Of a stretch of 64,000 bases of DNA, positions 31,901 to 39,412 are shown piece by piece. How positions within the stretch are numbered: the stretch's first letter is position 1; each line of letters begins with the position of its first letter. The DNA lies in the NCBI GenBank assembly GCA_030550585.1, contig JAUQPB010000002.1, positions 96,001-160,000 on the forward strand, read 5' to 3'. This stretch comes from Thermoproteota archaeon. Lineage in GTDB: Archaea > Thermoproteota > Thermoprotei_A > Sulfolobales > Ignisphaeraceae. Made by a program: the position numbers and the translations under genes. The notes under the pieces are model-generated. The model was given only the letters and a program-made list of their open reading frames with translations, did not search any database and was not told where the DNA came from.

Positions 31901-32323
31901 ATATGGACTTTCAGCGGCAACGGTGCTGCACCAGGAGGATACCAGGTAGGGTCAGTAACAATACCGGTTCTTATCAATGGCCAGCTAGTCAATATGCGGT
32001 GGAATGTGTACTTCGGCTATCCATGGGGCAGTGGCTGGGTGTACATAGCCTTCTTCCCATCACAGCCTCTACAGAGGGGATCGATAGCTCTAGACATAAG
32101 AGCGTTTATAGAGAAGGCTGCAGAGATAATAAACCAGCAAAGAGCTGATCTAGGAATCAACCCATCGACAATAGGAAACTTCTACGTGATGACAATAGAG
32201 TTCGGCTCTGAAGTCTTCTACACACAGAATGTTGATGTTGATTGGGCTATCTTCAGATACTATCTAGCATTATATCCAATATCAGTGGACACAGTATCAG
32301 CATTAACATCGCTTCCAAAATAA
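28982..32323 (+). CDS. secreted multidomain endoglucanase: signal peptide, GH5, Thr-rich linker, unknown beta module, Thr-rich linker, GH12
   Basis: GH5 motifs GVNWFGFET, HGLW, DLKNEPH, GEFGG, WSWNPNSGDTGG; GH12 motifs FAFDLW, ELMIW, IEFGSE. Confidence 0.9.
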   Translation: MGLSSKRIASVIMSILMLLIAMLSMTMLIIEQRSNVLAQSSVEYFVENGEVYMKLPDGTTKAIYLTGVNWFGFETTNYVVHGLWARNWVDMLNQMKSLGFNAIRLPFCPPSVTPGTTPSSIDYNKNPDLQGLDSVSIMEKIIQKAGELGIFIILDFHRIGCNDIEPLWYTSSFTEQDYINVWKSVAQRFGKYPNVVGADLKNEPHCPIGMSRQDCYTSGQGATWGVGNQKTDWNLAAERIGNAVLSVAPHWLIIVEGTQYTNPKSDNVSLYPDAVYWGENLRAVKDYPVNLPSNKLLYSAHEYGPDVYVQPYYNDPNIYPNNLNLIWEQNWGYVRTKLGLPVFLGEFGGKYGHGGDSRDVTFQQKLVDYLINTGICWWTYWSWNPNSGDTGGILQDDWITIWQDKYNNLKRSIDYCKSKYGEVWAPSATTSPTTVTATIITTTTATTTTSPRTTTTTSPTTTTQVTTTATTLRTTTTTVVTTTAYTSYVTVLSGVVSVPVTASAVFTITSPVTTTVTAVTTTTVPVTIVATVTLTVPVTTTVTPTTTTTTTTTSTTTTTTQVTTTTTTTSAAGLVSAPSTKVVVVASRPGGLSGVLQFKVLSGGTISTSSGSISIPSGATVSIDFASSSGSLWIGADGWMSASGISVKAIYVNGNQVAGSTTITGVTNVRVDLSSIMTSLTLTISGSGWTQITYGGQTLVSGSNSQTIVIPNIGATSSQPLNLNMGSNSIYLEATSSQPQIGATTTTTTTTTMTTPTTTPTTIITTTSPTTTTTTTTTPRTTTTTTTSPTTTTTPTTVSPTTTTTTTQVTTTVASATIITAIPGVNDVTVVGDANNIWPCGLIGNEFYACVNLWGLSNYQGRFSGQVVMVHRAGGPLIVNNSLVLTNINLNPWDVIAYHEVVYGASPWESQTPYSKGVSALLMPRKVSEFPRVIAYLDYSFDKFNTAVNFAFDLWLKRNPSTAGVQQGDIELMIWTFSGNGAAPGGYQVGSVTIPVLINGQLVNMRWNVYFGYPWGSGWVYIAFFPSQPLQRGSIALDIRAFIEKAAEIINQQRADLGINPSTIGNFYVMTIEFGSEVFYTQNVDVDWAIFRYYLALYPISVDTVSALTSLPK
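30259..30690 (+). repeat. Thr/Val-rich low-complexity linker 1
   Basis: runs of ACN codons, including a Val-Thr alternating stretch. Confidence 0.85.
31209..31430 (+). repeat. Thr/Pro-rich low-complexity linker 2
   Basis: runs of ACN codons; shares a 33-bp exact repeat with linker 1. Confidence 0.85.
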
Positions 32324-32587
32324 TTTAAAAAATAATTTAATTTTTAATAAAACTTTTCTATCCTATTGATTAGCTCCGATATTCTGGAAACCCACTAGAT
32401 TGTATGTTTCGCCAACTAAAGCTTATACATATTGTGGCATATCATTTCTTGAGTTGTGGAATTTATTTACTGTTCTATTCATTTACATGTTCCATGAAGC
32501 TAAAAAGATAAAAAGATTTATGAGGGCAGGTCTTAAGTCTATTTTCAAGTACTTTTTAAATATGTTTTCAATGATTGGGGAATTACC

Positions 32588-34324
32588 TTGCGTTCGTTTA
32601 GGGGTGGCAAACTTGATGTAGGATATTTTATTGGTCTTGCAGTATCATTATTTGTTCTGGTTTCCGAAACTGTATTGTTGGTTCTTAACATAGATTTGGT
32701 CAAGGTTAATTCAATTAGTGAGTTTATAAGCAATGCATTGAAATTTTCGCTTCTTTGTTCATATATAATGACGCTCTTTGGTATACCAGCGTTAATTTCT
32801 TGGTCTAGCGATGCGGCGAGAAATATTGTTAATTTATATAGAAGGTATTCTATTATGAGTCTCACCTCATTGGATGAGAGTAAAATAAGAGTGGGAATAA
32901 ACGTTCTCTTTGTAGTGATATCAATATCTCTTTTCATGGTGATACTATCAATAATTTATAGGACTCCCATATTGTCTATAGCATCTTTTGTACCGCTATT
33001 TGTATTTATATTCATTCTGATGAAACCGGTTATTGATGTTAAGCATCATAGTAGTTCTGTTGATGCAGAATTGAAGTGGTTTATGATTTTGCTTCTTGTT
33101 GTAGAGTATGTTGGAAGTGGAATAGATTTTCTTGTGAAAAAGATCTCCAGATCTAACCTTCTACGACATATTTCAAGAGAGTTGAGTGTTATTAAAAGAG
33201 ATGCTCTGCTATATTTCCAATCTTATGTCGAAGCAATTATTCAAAGAGCCAAGACAACGCCTAGTGAGAAGCTTAAGAGAATATTATTAGGGTATGCTAT
33301 GAGACTTAGAGAGGGTGGGGATGTTGTAGCATGGTTAAAAACAGTATTAGGAGAAGAGTTGATCAAATGGGAGTGGGAGACAAAGATATATTCTGAAAGA
33401 GTGGCACTCATAGTTCTTCAAATAGCTATTGCAGTATTTGTCTTGCTGCCAACATTAGTAGTTGCAATACCTATCATAAGTTGGAGAATAGCTATAATGG
33501 CGGTGATTTTGGCAACACCGCTGTTATGTATAATAGCTTATGCCACTAGGCCAAAATCGTTAAATAGAATTAGCAGTAGTATGTTGCTAACCCCGCTAAT
33601 TGTATTAGGTGTCACATCATCACTGTTGTTTATATATATTGGTAGCCAGGGCATAGTTTTGGGATGGATCATAGCATCTATAGCAAGTATAAACGTGAAT
33701 AAGCAGTTAAAGGAGATAGAAACTCTTGATAGAGAGTCTCTAGAGATTCTAAAAATGGCTGCTGAGCTTAAGAAACATGGTTATGAAATTCCTAGGGCAT
33801 TGAGCATCATAGCAAACAGCACATCAATTAGCGCAAAAACGTCTAGGCTTTTAAAGCATATAAATTCAATAGTTGAATCCGGACACGGTTTTGATGAAGC
33901 AATAGCTGTTGTCTCCTCACCTTCGTTTCAATTCAATTTTGTGTTGCTACTTCTAGGGTTAATGTATGAGAGTGGCGGAGGCGATGAAGAGGCGATACAA
34001 ACAGTGTATGAGTACTTGTATAGATACAAAGCATATGAAAGCAATATCAAGAAAGCCTCATATATATTTGAATTCTTTGCTGTAGCCAACCTAGCTATAA
34101 TCTTGTGGGTATGGAGGACACTACATCCAATGTTTGCTTCAAATATTCTTCAGTTTGTAGCTATAACATTATTGCCAAATAGTGCTATAGCACTTATAAT
34201 TGTGGTATCTTTAATCGGATACTCGTTAGTATCTTCAATTATTAGAAGTGGATTCCCAGTAATAGATGCTGTGAGAAGCATACCACTAGCATTACTCGCC
34301 TCGCTCGTAATTTCATTCCTATAA
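32588..34324 (+). CDS. type IV pilus/T2SS F-family (TadC/ArlJ-like) membrane platform protein
   Basis: multi-TM with two cytoplasmic TadC-like repeats (RAKTTPSEKLKRILLG...EGGD; MYESGGG); followed by pilin genes. Confidence 0.78.
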   Translation: MRSFRGGKLDVGYFIGLAVSLFVLVSETVLLVLNIDLVKVNSISEFISNALKFSLLCSYIMTLFGIPALISWSSDAARNIVNLYRRYSIMSLTSLDESKIRVGINVLFVVISISLFMVILSIIYRTPILSIASFVPLFVFIFILMKPVIDVKHHSSSVDAELKWFMILLLVVEYVGSGIDFLVKKISRSNLLRHISRELSVIKRDALLYFQSYVEAIIQRAKTTPSEKLKRILLGYAMRLREGGDVVAWLKTVLGEELIKWEWETKIYSERVALIVLQIAIAVFVLLPTLVVAIPIISWRIAIMAVILATPLLCIIAYATRPKSLNRISSSMLLTPLIVLGVTSSLLFIYIGSQGIVLGWIIASIASINVNKQLKEIETLDRESLEILKMAAELKKHGYEIPRALSIIANSTSISAKTSRLLKHINSIVESGHGFDEAIAVVSSPSFQFNFVLLLLGLMYESGGGDEEAIQTVYEYLYRYKAYESNIKKASYIFEFFAVANLAIILWVWRTLHPMFASNILQFVAITLLPNSAIALIIVVSLIGYSLVSSIIRSGFPVIDAVRSIPLALLASLVISFL

Positions 34325-34361
34325 CATTTTATAAATCTTGCATCTAAACCCGGGGGAGCAG

Positions 34362-34853
34362 ATGAACAGTCAGATAAATAAAGGTATTAGTGAACTACTA
34401 GCAATAGTACTTGGCATTGTAATAACTATAGCAATCGGTATGGCACTGTTCACATTGATTCCTGGATACTTCAACTCATTGCAACAACAGCAAAGGATTG
34501 CAATAACTGGTTTCAATATAAATGCAGTAGATAATAAGGTAGCTATTGCAACAGTCAATATAAAGAACTTGGGCACAAAGGACATCAGCAACATAACTAT
34601 TTATATCAGTTCTTCGAGAAACGTAAGTTATATTCTATTACCTATAAACAAGATTGAGGGAGTATGCTATAATAATAGTGCTGCGGTGGTATGTTCTGTC
34701 TCCATAGCTCCAGGACAAGAAACGTCTATAGCTCTCCAGCTAAAATCCGCAGGCCCCTCTATTGTTATAGGCGATAAAGTTGTTGTAACGGTTGTTGCGA
34801 CATTTGTTGACAAAAGCATCTCAACAGGCTCTGCCACAGGATACATATACTAG
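34362..34853 (+). CDS. archaeal type IV pilin (probable major pilin)
   Basis: class III signal peptide NKG/ISELLAIVLGIVITIAIG, VNIKNLG motif; own TATA (TTTATAAA ~34328) and SD. Confidence 0.85.
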   Translation: MNSQINKGISELLAIVLGIVITIAIGMALFTLIPGYFNSLQQQQRIAITGFNINAVDNKVAIATVNIKNLGTKDISNITIYISSSRNVSYILLPINKIEGVCYNNSAAVVCSVSIAPGQETSIALQLKSAGPSIVIGDKVVVTVVATFVDKSISTGSATGYIY

Positions 34854-34869
34854 CTCTAAAATGAGATAG

Positions 34870-35325
34870 GTGTTTGAAGCAATGTACAAAACATCATCTT
34901 TTTACATACACATACATTTATACAAGGCTATAACAGGATTTGTCGCACTATTAATTCTTCTTTCAATAAGTGTGGTAATAGGTGTTGCCGTCTTCCTAAA
35001 TCTTAATAAAATGTATAACATATCTAACCCATTTATCAATGAGAGAGTAGAATTAAAGATTAGGTGTTTTCTGGTTACAGCCGACGGATATTTATGCATA
35101 GCTTCAAATCCGTTGGGCAGTCCAATCAACATTAGCCTGCATTTAGTCAATGGAAGCATCTATGAATTTGTTGTACAACCAAACACTGTTACTCCAGTAC
35201 CATGTACACCCTCTGGACTCTGTGGATATTTTCGAGATAAGATTATTTATGGAGAGGCTGCAGCTGTAGAAGGTATAGCCAACTCATTTAATGGAAAAAT
35301 TTATGTAGTTATCGACTATGGGTGA
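34870..35325 (+). CDS. pilin-like protein
   Basis: YKA/ITGFVALLILLSISVVIGVAVF class III-like peptide; Cys pairs in the soluble domain; start uncertain. Confidence 0.6.
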   Translation: MFEAMYKTSSFYIHIHLYKAITGFVALLILLSISVVIGVAVFLNLNKMYNISNPFINERVELKIRCFLVTADGYLCIASNPLGSPINISLHLVNGSIYEFVVQPNTVTPVPCTPSGLCGYFRDKIIYGEAAAVEGIANSFNGKIYVVIDYG

Positions 35326-35331
35326 GAAAAC

Positions 35332-36636
35332 ATGCTTGTAAGGGCACAAGGGGAGTATGTTTCAGCAATTATAATGATCATTATAATGGTTCTTTTCACG
35401 ATCTTAGCATCTGAGTGGGGTACATACATTACGCAACTAGGTTATAAAATGATTAATGATATGAAATCATCTAAAGAGAATTTGGATTTAGACCTTCAAT
35501 ATGAAGATAATGGATATAAACTATTTGTGGTGAACAAATGGAGTGGAACATCAATAATAAAGGGTCTTATCATTCTATACAACGACTCTATGGCGCAATA
35601 TATAAACATGTCTAGTATAATAGTGCCTGTAGGTAGTGCTACAACACTAAGCATTAATTTGTCTAATTATCCAAATGTAGATAGGGTTTGCATATACACA
35701 AGCAACTTAAACCTCTTCTGCCGCCCCCTTTCAAAATCTCATCAATTAACACTAAATGTAGAAGAAGGCTATTGGTATGCCATACCAAAAAGTATTCTTG
35801 GAAACTCGAGTGGCTATAAAATTATAGAATCTAGAACAGGAAAAGAAATACAAGCATATACATGGGATGCCAATAGAAGTTACATAATCTTCTATGCAGA
35901 CACCTCAACTACTTTTACTATTCAAAAAAGCGACGAGCAATTGCCAATATTAGATACAAAGTCGTGGTTTAAGCCAAATATTGTCGCACCTCTATTAGAA
36001 CTGGATGTGGTACACTCGTTTGATTGGACGATTAATAGCGTCTGTGGTGTAGGGCCTGTCTATGGCTGTGGATATGCATATCAATATGCATATACAGATA
36101 TCAAAGAAGAGTCTTTTTGGTTTGATGGCAAAGCTGTACACTATGTAGCAACAATAGAATACTCTTTCCCCAACCAAATTGAATTCTATTATTATGCAGG
36201 AGGAGAAATAACTAAGATTTCGCTTAAGCTATTCGGTACTGACAATATACCAGAATGGAGTGATTGGTCTTCAAAGATAAAAATAATTAACATCGAAATA
36301 GCAGCCAATTTAGGTGCCTATATAAATGGGGATGCCCGGATCATGAACAAGCAATTCACATCCCTCGGCAATCGATGTGTCCTCAGAAGCGATGTGGAAG
36401 GCGCATATTTTAGTTATGCGCCATCACAAGTAGAAATAACATCAAATACCACTGCAATTATAACCACGAGTAATAGTGAAGGAGCTATATGCGCATTCGA
36501 GCCATATAATATAGTAAAAGTTAAAGTCGAAAGCAACTTACCACTTGTATCTATACACATCAATAAGATTTATCAGAGCAGTCAACAAGGAATTATATTT
36601 GCTCCTAATGGAAATAAAATTAGAATAATTGGCTGA
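35332..36636 (+). CDS. large pilin-like protein (putative adhesin/minor pilin)
   Basis: RA/QGEYVSAIIMIIIMV class III-like peptide, pilin-like N-domain, ~290-aa aromatic-rich extension. Confidence 0.65.
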   Translation: MLVRAQGEYVSAIIMIIIMVLFTILASEWGTYITQLGYKMINDMKSSKENLDLDLQYEDNGYKLFVVNKWSGTSIIKGLIILYNDSMAQYINMSSIIVPVGSATTLSINLSNYPNVDRVCIYTSNLNLFCRPLSKSHQLTLNVEEGYWYAIPKSILGNSSGYKIIESRTGKEIQAYTWDANRSYIIFYADTSTTFTIQKSDEQLPILDTKSWFKPNIVAPLLELDVVHSFDWTINSVCGVGPVYGCGYAYQYAYTDIKEESFWFDGKAVHYVATIEYSFPNQIEFYYYAGGEITKISLKLFGTDNIPEWSDWSSKIKIINIEIAANLGAYINGDARIMNKQFTSLGNRCVLRSDVEGAYFSYAPSQVEITSNTTAIITTSNSEGAICAFEPYNIVKVKVESNLPLVSIHINKIYQSSQQGIIFAPNGNKIRIIG

Positions 36637-36727
36637 TCTATTAACAAACTAAACTTTTTATCTTAATTATATATCTTCAGCATTGTATTTGTTTACCTAT
36701 CGATGCTTACATAAAGTAAAGCTTTAG

Positions 36728-36813
36728 TCCCGCCGGGGGGACTTGAACCCCCGACCACCCGGTATCCGCCCGCCTCACTACAGCCGGGCGCTCTGCCGCT
36801 GAGCTACGGCGGG
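36728..36813 (-). tRNA. tRNA-Tyr(GUA) with 14-nt intron at 37/38 (36764-36777)
   Basis: reverse complement CCCGCCGTAGCTCAG...CCCGGCTGTAG[TGAGGCGGGCGGAT]ACCGGG...GGTTCAAGTCC...GGCGGGA; CCA not encoded. Confidence 0.95.
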
Positions 36814-36917
36814 TTTTGCCAATCAAGTTCTATATATTTTTAGCTTTATAAGGTTTTATTCTCATTATTCAGTATACTAAAATATAATAAAATAGTCAGC
36901 AAGTTTTTGGTGTTGAT

Positions 36918-36975
36918 AAGATGATGAGGGAGGTGATCTTATTTGATTGATGATAGAAGATCAACCGACTGAATA
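36918..36975 (+). ncRNA. box C/D sRNA; guides complementary to the 16S rRNA 3' and 5' ends
   Basis: ATGATGA-GGGAGGTGATCTTAT-TTGA-TTGATGA-TAGAAGATCAACCGA-CTGA. Confidence 0.75.
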
Positions 36976-36977
36976 GG

Positions 36978-37032
36978 TTTTCAGCCCATGAAAGTTGCAT
37001 CATCTTTCAGAATCTGCCGGAATCATCATGGC
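36978..37032 (-). ncRNA. box C/D sRNA (Sulfolobus sR1-like D guide)
   Basis: reverse complement ATGATGA-TTCCGGCAGATT-CTGA-aag-ATGATGC-AACTTTCATGGG-CTGA. Confidence 0.85.
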
Positions 37033-37077
37033 AAAACGAGTTCTTCTAAGCATTGTACTATTTATTAACTCGGTATT

Positions 37078-37950
37078 TTATGCTTTAGGTCTTTCTTTCA
37101 AGTAGTTGAGAATGGCAAGCACTATTAGTACAGCCTCCTCTGTTCTAATACTTTCAACACCTTGGCGTGGAACAAAATTGACTATATGGTTACAATAATC
37201 ATTTATGTTTATACCACTTTTTTGCGCTATTTCATCTACATCTAGTTTTGGCCCTCCGAATACCACATTGAGTTTGTTGTACATCTTCAGTTCTTTGCTA
37301 AGGATGTTTTCAACTTCATATATCATCTCACCCTTTTTTGATGCACATATCACTAGATATCCACAGCTTTTGAGAAACTGTAGAAGCTCTTTCATATCTT
37401 TGAAAATTTTTGTTGTGAACCCCCAATAAATATCAATGCTATTTCTATCTATAGGAATACCAATATAGCTATTGTCAAGCTCTTTCTTCAATACCACAGT
37501 TATCCGTTTTCCTATTGGCAAATGTTTATATACTATAACATGTTTTTTCATCCCAACATCAACAACGCTTTTTATATCATTAGATGATATGACAACGCCT
37601 TCTCTAATATTTGCTCCAAATGATTCTGGTACGTGATGAACACTTTTGAGTGGCTGTAGAAGGCCTGCAAGCCTCAACTTAGGATCTATTTTAATTATCT
37701 TTTTTCTCAAATAAGGTGGTGTTTCTTGATATTGCAACAAAGAGTTTATGTACTCGGCATTATCTTTAGAATCGTCTGCATATATCATAATCTCTTCAAC
37801 TCTAAATATTGCAGCGGCTCTTCCAACATAACCTATCTTTCTAACCTTCTCTCTATCGTCAAATACATCACTTATTAATGATGATGGGATTGAAAATGTA
37901 GTCAAAGGAAAGGTTCTCCAGGGCTTTGTCAGATCATCCATAGCGATCAT
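37078..37950 (-). CDS. SPOUT-family RNA methyltransferase (DUF171/C9orf114-like)
   Basis: GRAAAIFRVEEI, ETPPYLRK, YWGF, VVFGGP, QGVESIRTEEA. Confidence 0.9.
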   Translation of the reverse strand: MIAMDDLTKPWRTFPLTTFSIPSSLISDVFDDREKVRKIGYVGRAAAIFRVEEIMIYADDSKDNAEYINSLLQYQETPPYLRKKIIKIDPKLRLAGLLQPLKSVHHVPESFGANIREGVVISSNDIKSVVDVGMKKHVIVYKHLPIGKRITVVLKKELDNSYIGIPIDRNSIDIYWGFTTKIFKDMKELLQFLKSCGYLVICASKKGEMIYEVENILSKELKMYNKLNVVFGGPKLDVDEIAQKSGININDYCNHIVNFVPRQGVESIRTEEAVLIVLAILNYLKERPKA

Positions 37951-38071
37951 CTGCTTTGGTTGCTAAAAACAGATTTTAGGCTATCTACATCATCTCTCTG
38001 TAGCAACTTATTAAACGTAATATTGTGTAGCAACAGGATATGCCCTACATAGGGATTAGAGGTTGATTGAT

Positions 38072-38126
38072 TTTTCAGTCCAGAAACCGTTCATCACAAA
38101 TCAGGTTATCTAGCCATCATCACAGA
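38072..38126 (-). ncRNA. box C/D sRNA
   Basis: reverse complement GTGATGA-TGGCTAGATAAC-CTGA-ttt-GTGATGA-ACGGTTTCTGGA-CTGA; canonical boxes, 12-nt guides. Confidence 0.88.
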
Positions 38127-38130
38127 TGCA

Positions 38131-38769
38131 TTACAATTTTACTTGGCCTGTCCTTGCGGATTCTATAGTTCTAACTAGTCTAATCCTAGATAAAAGGTCT
38201 ATCAGCAACTCTCTCCAGTCATCTAAGACTTTTCTATATACATCAATTTTCCTTTTTAAGCCTGGAACAACATTTTCTAAATGGCCCAATTCAGAGACTT
38301 CATTGAATATCTTCTCAGCAAGTTTAAAGATCTTCAAACTTTCATCATATTTATCTTTCTCGATAAGTTCAAGAGAATATCTCTTTAACTCGCCAATAAC
38401 ATCAAGAAGCCCTAAGATGTAAGATGCTGGGCGCACAATGTTTAACTCGTTAAATGTTTTGAATTTATTCTCGGCAACAATATGATAAAATGTTATAGCC
38501 TCAACATATTCTGCCTCTACCGAAGTATAGAAATTAGAGTAAAGCAATTCAGGATGCTGCATTACCTGCTTTCTGAATACTGAAAAAGCTTCTTCGAGCT
38601 TCTTAGCATATTCAGTATTGCAATCATTATATAAGCAACTTATTATTAAACGTCTACAATAAACTAAAATGTCTCTACTAAGCTTTATCGCATTTTCTTT
38701 GGCATTACTAAGGATCTCTAAATAGGTTTTCACATCATTTATTACGTGAACCTCATTTTCATTACTCAT
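38131..38769 (-). CDS. translin/TRAX family protein
   Basis: EYVEA, YILGLLDVIGELKR, GLKRKIDVYR; start trimmed to MSNENE. Confidence 0.85.
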   Translation of the reverse strand: MSNENEVHVINDVKTYLEILSNAKENAIKLSRDILVYCRRLIISCLYNDCNTEYAKKLEEAFSVFRKQVMQHPELLYSNFYTSVEAEYVEAITFYHIVAENKFKTFNELNIVRPASYILGLLDVIGELKRYSLELIEKDKYDESLKIFKLAEKIFNEVSELGHLENVVPGLKRKIDVYRKVLDDWRELLIDLLSRIRLVRTIESARTGQVKL

Positions 38770-38807
38770 CCAAACCCATCTCAAAATATTGTATACTAGG
38801 GGGCTCC

Positions 38808-38852
38808 CCCCACCACATACAACCCCATTATGCGGGGCGCAATTTGGTGGGG
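38808..38852. other. GC-rich hairpin upstream of the translin gene
   Basis: CCCCACCA/TGGTGGGG outer stem and CCCC/GGGG inner stem in AT-rich background. Confidence 0.55.
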
Positions 38853-39000
38853 TACAACACATATGATATACTATAGAGGTTATAAGACTTTATAATCAAC
38901 ACATCAAAAATTTGTAATGCTCGATTACCCATGAAGTAGATAAAGTTGCTTTGTTAGGTGCTATCATGATTTCTGTAGTATGAGTGATAAATTGAATGAA

Positions 39001-39056
39001 TATTCAGTTTAGGACCACTACATCATGTGGTCAGGCGCTCGACGGATCATCATATA
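39001..39056 (-). ncRNA. box C/D sRNA (probable 16S central-domain targets)
   Basis: reverse complement ATGATGA-TCCGTCGAGCGC-CTGA-ccac-ATGATGT-AGTGGTCCTAAA-CTGA; guides resemble complements of archaeal 16S GCGCYCGACGG and AGGACCAC. Confidence 0.85.
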
Positions 39057-39412
39057 GCTGCTTAGCCCGTCACATTCTTTTTAAATTATAGTGTAAACAT
39101 TACAGCTAGGACTAAGCTATTATATAACTACATTACTATAATCAAATTTATAAAGTTTTAATTATAGTATACAGTTCAGCTAAGATTAGTTAGAGAGTAG
39201 CTTGCATTTTCATATATGTGAAGGGATTCAATTGTAAGACCATCACTTATAATATTTAATCATTTCAGAGTTGGTAAATGAATGGTGTTGTATTGGTCTC
39301 CATTTAAATTTAATTCTGTAATGTTGGCTTGACATTTTTAAACATTTTAGGGATTCATTAAGACTTATTAATAAAGGTACATAAACAGCGTAGATCTTAA
39401 GCTAATGTCAAT

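Noticed and set aside
32400-32621. 73-aa ORF as the missing pilus ATPase or a pilin
   Set aside because: No Walker motifs or class III signal peptide; it is AT-rich intergenic sequence overlapping the tadC-like start.
28509-36813. Integrated virus or plasmid between the two tRNAs
   Set aside because: I found no integrase, replication gene or duplicated tRNA 3' end (att site).
38770-38862. N-terminal extension MCCTPPNCAPHNG... of the translin ORF
   Set aside because: It is a translation of the GC-rich hairpin; MSNENE at 38769 is the more plausible start.
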